From the human T2T-CHM13v2.0 reference genome, Homo sapiens: 64,000 nucleotides of DNA. Positions 55,430 through 64,000 of the stretch are shown piece by piece. A program made the position numbers and the translations under genes. How positions within the stretch are numbered: position 1 is the first letter of the stretch; the number at the start of each line of letters is the position of its first letter. The notes under the pieces were generated by a model that did not search any database, was not told the DNA's origin, and worked only from the letters and a program-made list of their open reading frames with translations. Where the stretch lies: the NCBI RefSeq assembly GCF_009914755.1, contig NC_060935.1. One strand, written 5' to 3'.

Positions 55430-57384
55430 TCCATTATTGTAACATCATACAGAATAATTTATCCACCCTACAAACACTCTGCACTCTGCCTGTTAATTCC
55501 TCCTTCCTTCCTAGCTTCTGGCAACCACTGTTGGTTTTACAGTGGTTACGTAGCTGGAAACATATAGTTTGCAACCCTTAAGATGGGCTTCTTTCACTCA
55601 GTAATATGCACTTAAGTTTCTTCCATGACATTTCATGGCTTGATTGCTCATTTATTTAGCACTGAAAAATATTTCATTGTCTAGATGTATCACCGTTTAT
55701 TTATCCATTCATCTATAGGTGGACATCTAGATTACTTCTAAGTTTTGGAAATTATGAATAAAGCTACTATTAACATCCATATGCAGTTTTGTTTGTTTGT
55801 TTGTTTTTTGTGTGTGTGCACATTAGTTTTTAAATACTTTGGGTTGATATTAAAAGGTACAATTGCTGGGTCATATGGTAAGAGCATGTTTAGTTTTACA
55901 AGAAACTGCAAAATTGTCTTCCAAAGTGTCTGTAGCATTCTGAGTTTGAGTTGCTCCACATTCTTGCCAGCATTTTATATTGTCAGTGTTTTGGATTTCT
56001 GTCATTCTAATAGGAGTATAGTGGTATGTCATTGCTATCTTAATTTGCATTTCTCTAATGATATAGGATATGGGCTTTTCATTTGCTATTCTGTATCTTC
56101 TTTGATGAGGTGTCTGTTAAAGTATTTATTTATTTTTTTTATTTTTTTGAGACGGAGTCTCACTCTGTTGCCCGGGCTGGAGTGCAGTGGCTCAATCTCA
56201 GTCACTGCAACCTCCACCTCCTGGGTTCTAGTGATTCTCCTGCCTTAGCCTCCCGGATAGCTGGGATTACAGGTGTCCATCACCACACCCGGCTAATTTT
56301 TCCTTGTATTTTTAGTAGAGATGGGGTTTCATCATGTTGGTCAGGCTGGTCTCAAACTCCTGATGTCATGATCCGCCCACCTCGGCCTCCCAAAGTGCTG
56401 GGACTACAGGCGTGAGCCACTGCATCCAGCCATATCTCATGTTTAAATTGTGTCATTTGTTCTCTTATTAAGTTTTAAGTGCTCTACGTATAGTTTGGAT
56501 ATCAGTCATTATCAGATATGACTGTGGCTTGTCATTTCATTCTCTTGATAAAGTCTTCTGCAAAAAATATAAGTTTAATAAAGTCCAGTTTATCAAACTT
56601 TTTTAATTCATTGTGCCTTTAGTGTTATATTTAAAAAGTCATCACCAAACTCAAGATCATCTAAATTTTCTTCTATATCACTTTCTAGTAATTTCATATT
56701 TGTGTGTTTTACATTGAAGTCTATGATTCCTTTTATATTAATTTTGATCAGGTATATAAGGTCAGTGTCTAGATTATTTTTTTCTTTGCATGTACTGTCC
56801 AGTTGGTCCAGCACCACATATTGCAATGACTATGTCTTAGTTGAATTTCCTTTGCTTCTTTGTCAATAGTTGACTACAGTTAGGTGTCTCATTTCTACTT
56901 TCTCCACTGTTTCATTTATCTGTTTGTCTACTCTTTCACCAGTTTTACCCTAATTTGATCACGTATCTTTACAATAATTCTTGAAGTCAGATAACGTCAG
57001 TCCACAAACCTTGTCTTCTTTTAATTATTAATTAGTATGAGATGTCGGTTTCCAGATTTTCATTTTCCACTGTGTGTTTTTAGATACAAAATGAGTTTCT
57101 ACAGATATAGTTGGATCTTGTTTTTCAAAAATATATTCTGCCAATATATTTTTTTAAATGTGGAATTTAATCTATTTATATTTAAATAGTTACTGACAGG
57201 GAAATATTTCACTTTGCTATTTTTAATTGGGTTTTGTTTGTCTTATAGCATTTTTGTCTTTCATTTTTGCTTTTATTGACTTTCTTTGTATTTAGTTGAT
57301 TTATTGTATGGACATATTTGGATTCATTTCTCTTTTCCTCTTGTATGTATTCTACAAATATTCCTTTGCCTTTGCCATGAGGAT
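55430..57384 (-). mobile_element. Old L1M fragments (3'UTR and ORF2)
   Basis: gggcttctttcactcagtaatatgca; ttgctgggtcatatggta; ORF 56608-56826 resembles L1 ORF2. Confidence 0.75.
56124..56431 (-). mobile_element. Alu (AluSg-like)
   Basis: (TTTA)n tail, reverse Alu body with 2-bp left-arm deletion. Confidence 0.92.
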
Positions 57385-57745
57385 TGTATTAGTTCATTCT
57401 CTTATTGTTATGAAGAAATACCTGAGAATGGGTAATTTATAAAGAGGTTTAATTAGTTCACAGTTCTTCAGGCTGTATAGGAAGCATGACTATACAGGAA
57501 ACTTTCAGTCATAATGGAAAGATAAGCAGGCAGATCTTAGATGTCTAGAGCAGAAGGAATAAAGGGGGAGGTGCTATACACTTTTAAACAATGAGATCTT
57601 GTGAGAACTCACTCACTATCATGAGAATAGCTAGGAGAAAAACTGCACCCATGATCTAATTACCTCCCACCCAGCCCCTCATCCAACATTGGGGATTATA
57701 ATTCTGTATGAGATTTGGGCAAGGACAAAAATCCAAACCATATCA
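57385..57745 (-). mobile_element. MSTA-like MaLR LTR
   Basis: tgtattagttcattctc...aatccaaaccatatca. Confidence 0.85.
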
Positions 57746-59094
57746 TTCCTCCCTCCCCAGCCCCTACCTAATATCACATCCTTCTCATTTTGCAAAATAC
57801 ATTCACCCCTTCTCAACAGTCCCCCAAGTCTTAAATCATTTCAGCATTCACTTAAAATCCCACAGTCTAAATTCTCATCTGAGACAAGCAAGTCCTTTCT
57901 GCCTATGAGCCTGTAAAATCAAAAACAAATTAGTTTACTTCCAATATACAATGGGAGCACAGGTGTTAGGTAAATAGGCCTGTTCCAAAGAGGAGAAATC
58001 ATCCAAAAGAGAGGGGATGTAGTCCCTATGCAATTTTGAAACACAGCAGGGTAGTCATAAATATTAAACTTCCAAAAGTATCTCCTTTGACTCCGTAGCA
58101 CACATCCAGGCAACACTGATGCAAGGAGTGGGCTCCCAAGGCCTTTGGCAGATTCACTCCTGTGGCTCTGCAGAGTACAGCCCTTGTAGCTGCTTTCACA
58201 GGCTAGTGTTGAGTGCCTGTGGCTTTTCTAGTAACACAGTGCAAGTTGTCAGTGGATATACCATTCTGGGGTCTGGAGGATAGTGGCTTTCTTCTCATAC
58301 CTCCAGTAGGCGCCCCAGAGGGGACTGTGTGTGGGGACTCCAACCCCATATTTCTCCTCTATTCTGCCCTAGTACAGGTTTTCCATGAGGGCTCCACTCC
58401 TGCAGCAGACTTCTACCTGGACATTCAGGCTTTTCAATACATGCTCTGAATCTAGGTGGAGGATCCAAAGCCTCAACTTTTGCCCTCTGCACACCTGCAG
58501 ACTTAACACCACAGGGAGGATGCCAAGGCTTACAGCCTGAGCCCTCTGGAGCAATGACCTGAGACATATCTGGAACCCTTTTAGCCACAGCAAGAGCTGG
58601 AGCCACTAGGATGCAAGGAGCAGTGTCCCTGGGTTTCACAGGGCAGTAGCAGAGACCTGGGCCCTGCCCATGAAACCATTCTTCCCTCCATAGGCCTCTG
58701 GGTCTGTCATGGGATGGGCTGCCACAAGGCACTCTAAAATGTCTTCGAGAAATTTCCCCCATCGTATTAGCTATTAACTTTCAGCTCCTCTTTACTTATG
58801 CAAATTTCTGCAGCAGGCTTGAATTCTTCCCAAAAAATGGGTTTTTCTTCTCTACCACATGGTCAGGGTGCAGATTTTCCAAACTTTATGTTCTGCTTCC
58901 CTTTTAAATACAAGTTCCATTTTCAGATCATTTCTTTGCTCATGCATATAAGCATATGTTGTTAGAAGCAGCCAGGTCAACAATTGAACAATTTGCTGCA
59001 TGGAAATTTCTTCCACCAGATACCCTCAACCATCACTGTGAAATTCAGTGTTCCCAATAAATTCCTCATATCCATCTGAAACCTCATCAGTCTG
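57746..59094 (-). mobile_element. MST internal region, truncated (no second LTR)
   Basis: tctcatctgagacaagcaagtcc; atgagggctccactcctgcagcagacttct; MaLR-int sequence. Confidence 0.88.
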
Positions 59095-59290
59095 AATGAA
59101 AAACTGTTAAAAGCAGCAAGAGAAAAATGACTCATTACAAAGAAAAGCCCACAAAAAGATTATCAGTAACGTCTAGCTGAAAACCTGCAAGTCAAAAGGG
59201 AGTAGAATTATATATTTAAAGTTCTTAAGCAAAATAAAAGAAAACAAACAACAAAAATCCCTTGTAAATTAAGAATTTTAAGACACAGAG
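59095..59290 (+). mobile_element. L1M ORF1 fragment
   Basis: gttaaaagcagcaagagaaaaa (LKAAREK) motif. Confidence 0.65.
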
Positions 59291-60589
59291 AACTAATCAA
59301 AAAATCACACAAACAAGTTAGAACACTGTAAATTAGGTTCACTTTGCTCTGTAAGGCTTATGAAAGGAATTTAAGGACCAGCCCAGTGCTTTTAATCCAC
59401 TCCATGACACATAAGGAGGGAGGGAGGTATGAATGAGCAAAATGCCACGTGATTTCCCACCATTCAGAGTGTGACCCTTTCTTGATTGGATTTTCACCTG
59501 GCCACTGAAATCACTGATTGATTTCCAGAACTTCTAAAAAGTTATATCAGCCAGTCTGTAATTGTTTCTTGTTTCTTTGAAGAAAAGAAGAGCTTAGAGG
59601 TTTCTAGTTGGCCATCTTTTTAATACCTGTATCCAGAATGTCTAGCACCATAAGAAACATATACCAAGTAATTGTTACATGAAATGTAAGGAAGTTACAA
59701 ACATTTAGTATCAGGACTAGAGTAACTGATCTATTGAGTATTTGCTTCCCAGTAGATTGCCATATCGGCCAAGGTCCATAATGAAAACTTACCTAACATG
59801 AGTTTTGATTTTATTAAGAATACAATTCAAGTGGTGACAAATGATTGCTACTGACATCTTCCTTAAAATTTCCAAGGACTGGAGTGTTCAGAAAAGATAC
59901 TTGTTTTCTTTTGAAAGATAACTAACTATATTTTAACAGCAAATGTTTTGGTAATCTAGCTGGAAATTTAGATTTTATTACCAAATGGAAAGGTGTATGT
60001 GTTATCCCTTTCCACAAAACAAAGCAATAAGGGTAGCTGCCTATTTCTCTTATTGGTAAATTTGTTCAAGGAAACTGGAGACAACCAGCTGTAGAGATTC
60101 GTCTGCATCATAAATACAAACGAAAGTCTCAGGATAAGCAAGGGGTTCTCCTTCTACTTCTGCCCTCTCAGATTAAGCTAGTATGTTGTCACGAGTGTAA
60201 TCAGTGATGCCGTTTACTACTTATAACAAAAAAATCTGTGGCCACTAATGGAAAGTGTTCTTTAATTTGCCATGATTAACTTTAGAAAATTAATCTTAAA
60301 ATAGGAAGATATAACTGTGAATTAAAATAATGTTGTTTATGGATGATTACTTCTTGCAAGCTAAAAATCTTCATATTTCTCCTCAAAGCTTGTAGTTCAA
60401 TGCTAGTTTTTATCCTGGGAGAATGGAAACAACAGGAGCAATTATATAACTGTCTGGATCAATACAAATAGTCAACACCATATAATTCATCCAAAAATAA
60501 ACAGAATTTTTAAGCCAATTGCTCCTCAAATACAATGAGATTTTCATGTACCATTATCTATGAGTTTACAATGATAAATAATATATAAT

Positions 60590-60620
<31 letters not shown>

Positions 60621-60624
<4 letters not shown>

Positions 60625-60661
60625 GGTGCAAAAGTAATTGTGATTTTTGCCATTAAAAGTA
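60621..60661. mobile_element. Half MADE1 (Hsmar1 MITE) next to (TA)n
   Basis: gttggtgcaaaagtaattgtgatttttgccattaaaagta. Confidence 0.8.
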
Positions 60662-62477
60662 CTATATGTTATATGTATATGTATATTATATAGTATAAAT
60701 GTAATATGATATATGGTCATACATAGGTGTATATGTGTGCATACGTGTGTGTGTGTGTGTATGGCAGAATAAATAGGGGTAATATTTAAAATATTTCACA
60801 AGTTCACTGGATATATACCAATTAAAACAAAAACTGATAATAGCACAGAAGAAGGATTATACAGGACCCCTGCTCACTAACTCTTTCTCCTTACAATGAT
60901 GAATTATTCTGGGGAATGTTGAGGAGGAAGCAGGGAAGCACATAAGGGGCTCGAAGGCAGTTTAAATATCAAGACATTTCAATATTTAAAAAATAAACAC
61001 AGCCAAACTGAATATTGACTAAATGTCTCCACATAATCATTTCCATTAACATTACTGCACAAATGCTAAAAATATTGTATGTATTGATACAGAGTAATAT
61101 GCCATATGTTTTAAACAACTTGCTAAGTTGGCAACTAGGCCCTTCGATTTGTATGTTAGAGATAGAGAAACTAAGTCTCAGAGAGTTAAGACTATTTGCA
61201 TTTTAAAGCATGATCACAGTTGTAGGAAGTAGCCTTTTGTACATGCTTTGTGGGAAAGTCTATTAGCCATTACTAAAGTTTGGTTAATTCAGCCAAACTT
61301 CAAAGATAGCTTAATTTTGTAAAATTACCATTGCTTTAAGAATCAGAAAATCTTGATGCTAGTATTTTCCTGTTACACCTTATCTGTTTACTGTGATTAA
61401 ATATTTTGACCACTTTGAAACTCAGCTTTGGCATTTACCAGAACAATTGTATTAGATTTTATCACAAGGGTTTCACATTATTTGCAAAGTAATCTTCCCA
61501 AAGACAGGGGAAAACCAAAGCTTTATCTCTTTGTTTACAAAAGGCTACTAAGGAGAGTAACACCTCTCCCAAACCCCTGGCAGTTAAAATATATGGTCAA
61601 TTAGATATTCCCTCTAAAATTTTAAATTTGAGAATTTGACACAAAGACATAGGGTTCTACAGAGGATTATTTCTAATGACATCTAGGGCACATTGAAAAT
61701 CTAGTGACATGGTGATCTGACCCAGGTTCAGCACCATTGCACCAAATGCTATGTTGAAAGCTGTAGATAGTGCTATGTTAGTATTCTAAGGTGAATATTC
61801 ATATGACAATACTGGGGTCCCCTTAGTCTCTGCCTAAACCAATTCATCAACCATCTAATTCATTCCACGAGGTACCTGATAATATTTCATACAACTACTT
61901 TCTGTTTAAGTTATAAAAAGAAACTCTTTAAGCTGCCAAGAACTCGCTCAGTAGACCAGAAATAATGACTAAAAGACATCAGTGTCAGTACCAGAAGAAC
62001 CAAATTTCAGGAAAATGATCAAGTCTGAGATTGGTTATTTGGAAGAAAGCTGCGGAAGTTGAGCTAGCTCTAAGTGAGTCATCCCTGTGTGTGCAATGGC
62101 AGAAGAGTAAAATGATCAATCGTGGACACCAGAAATAAGTGCTCGGTGAAGTGAAAACTTCAGAAGAAAATAATTCTTAAAGGGCATGAGAAAAATAAGC
62201 GCTGTGGCGGTAGTCGGTGAGAGGTGAGTTGTATCTATTTTTAGTGGTATCTAGACAGCTTAGAAGGAATAACACACATATTCTTAAATGCACAGTACAT
62301 TAAAATTAAAGTGTAGGGAGTTTCAATGATTGTACTAACACATTGTTATATCCTATAGTGACATAGTTAAGAAAACTGAAAACTGAATGCAAAGTTTAAC
62401 CCTGCACATGAACAACTTAAAATTGTAATCCTCTTCCAAGATATTTACTATGTAAAAGAAGACCATTTTTTTTAAAG

Positions 62478-62589
62478 CCCATTCATACTTCTCGTCATTG
62501 GACACAGACATATACCTAGGGTAGAATTCCAGTCCCATTCATACTTCTCTTCATTGGACACAGACATACACCTACAGTAGTATTCCAGT
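62478..62589. repeat. 56-bp tandem duplication (2 copies)
   Basis: cccattcatacttctc...ttccagt twice, with 5 mismatches. Confidence 0.92.
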
Positions 62590-64000
62590 AAGTCTTAGAG
62601 TCTGATTATACAGTAAACCCTGGAGATAATGATTTACACAACAAAATAAAGAATTTTTTATTTGTATGTGGTAAAATCTGGAGATTATAAATAAGAAATG
62701 ACTTCCATTATTTTATACCAATAAAGTAAATCAATTCAGATTTGCTGAAACTTTTGATATGCAGGCACATTAAACAATTCAGATGTTGATGGCAGAGCTT
62801 GAAAGGGTGAGCAGTTTTCAGTTGTTTATTCCTCGGTAGATGGGCTGAAATCTGACTCAATGTTAACCTGTGCTACATAATTTTGGATGTGCAAAGTTGC
62901 TTCATAAAATGTCTAGTAAGAAACTAATTTAATATGTATTTATTAAATGCCTACTCTGTGACTGGCACTCTTTAGGTGCTGGCAAAACTGCAGTGAACAG
63001 AGCACTTATCTCTGCTCTCATGGAACTTAGATTTTTTTAGGCAGAGGACAAAAACAGACTCAAGTGAAAACATATTGAGCAGTGATAATTGTGACAAATG
63101 AACACTGGAAAAGGGCTTAAGGAGTTCTGGAAGGTTGTATTGTTACTTACATTTTAAATATTAGGAAATTAAGAAATCAAGTTCCTGAAAGTAGGTGTCT
63201 TGCCTAAAACTGCATATAAGGCCAATGTCAAAAAAAAAAATCATGTGTAAATTATAGGTTCTCAGTTTCCTAAGCAAACTATTTGTCATTCTGTATCTGG
63301 CTGCCTTACAGGTTATCATTTATTTTATAAAATCTAATTAACCAGAACATTTTAATGTACAAACACACACACACACACACAAACATACGCAAACACACTA
63401 CATACATAAACATATTACTAAAGCAAGGTCTGTTTATTAACACACATATCCAGTAGGTAGCTATCCTGACTGTAGCTCATGGTATTATAACCATATATTC
63501 ACTTATAATACCACCAACACAACCAACTGAAAACATTTTCATATAATGGAAGTTATCAGCCATCCTGAAAATGTAGGTCTTTCTTGAAAAGTTAATATTG
63601 TGAAAGCTTCCCTATTAGAAGTGAAAACACATGCATTCCAATCTCCATGCTGATACTTTAGTTAAAAAGCTGATTAATTCAAGTTTTCACAAATGGCTAT
63701 GTAATTACCTACTGTACAAAGGAGTGACCTCATGATCATCCCTTGATTTATCCTATATTCCATGGAATTTTAAACTTAAATTCTAAATTCTAAATTAATA
63801 GACATGAGAATGTTTCTTCTGGAAGATGTGATTCTAAAAGAAAAAGAAGGAAATATTTTATATGTCTAACTTTTAACCAGGAATTGTGGGAGGTTTTCAA
63901 CGTTTAAGAAACTGTTTAAGAAGTTTTCTTTATGATCAAAATATGTTTATTCTCTCAATTTCTGAACCAATAATTGGCTTGTCATTTTAAAGCCTTAACA

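Noticed and set aside
58295-58762. 155-aa GC-richer ORF
   Set aside because: Lies within MST (MaLR) internal sequence; a degenerate remnant, not a host gene.
60621-60661. Possible miR-548-type hairpin (MADE1)
   Set aside because: Only one arm is present, so no hairpin can form.

Overview
AT-rich, CpG-poor, repeat-dense primate (probably human/ape) DNA, judged from Alu, L1PA, THE1/MST and MADE1 elements. It looks intergenic or deep intronic, and I see no intact protein-coding gene, RNA gene or new biological system. Most listed ORFs are L1, Alu, MaLR or (TA/CA)n artefacts. The main feature is a processed pseudogene of OSBPL9 (ORP9) at ~19424-22125 with a twin-priming 5' inversion: the 3' part is on the minus strand and the 5' part on the plus strand. 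It sits inside an L1PA15/16-like element that also appears 5'-inverted. Other points: a candidate L1 3' transduction (~33.4-33.7 kb), a triple nest of LTRs with intact TSDs (49.5-51.1 kb), several nested TE series, and small local duplications and palindromes. Repeat subfamily names come from my recall of consensus sequences, and boundaries without a stated TSD are approximate.
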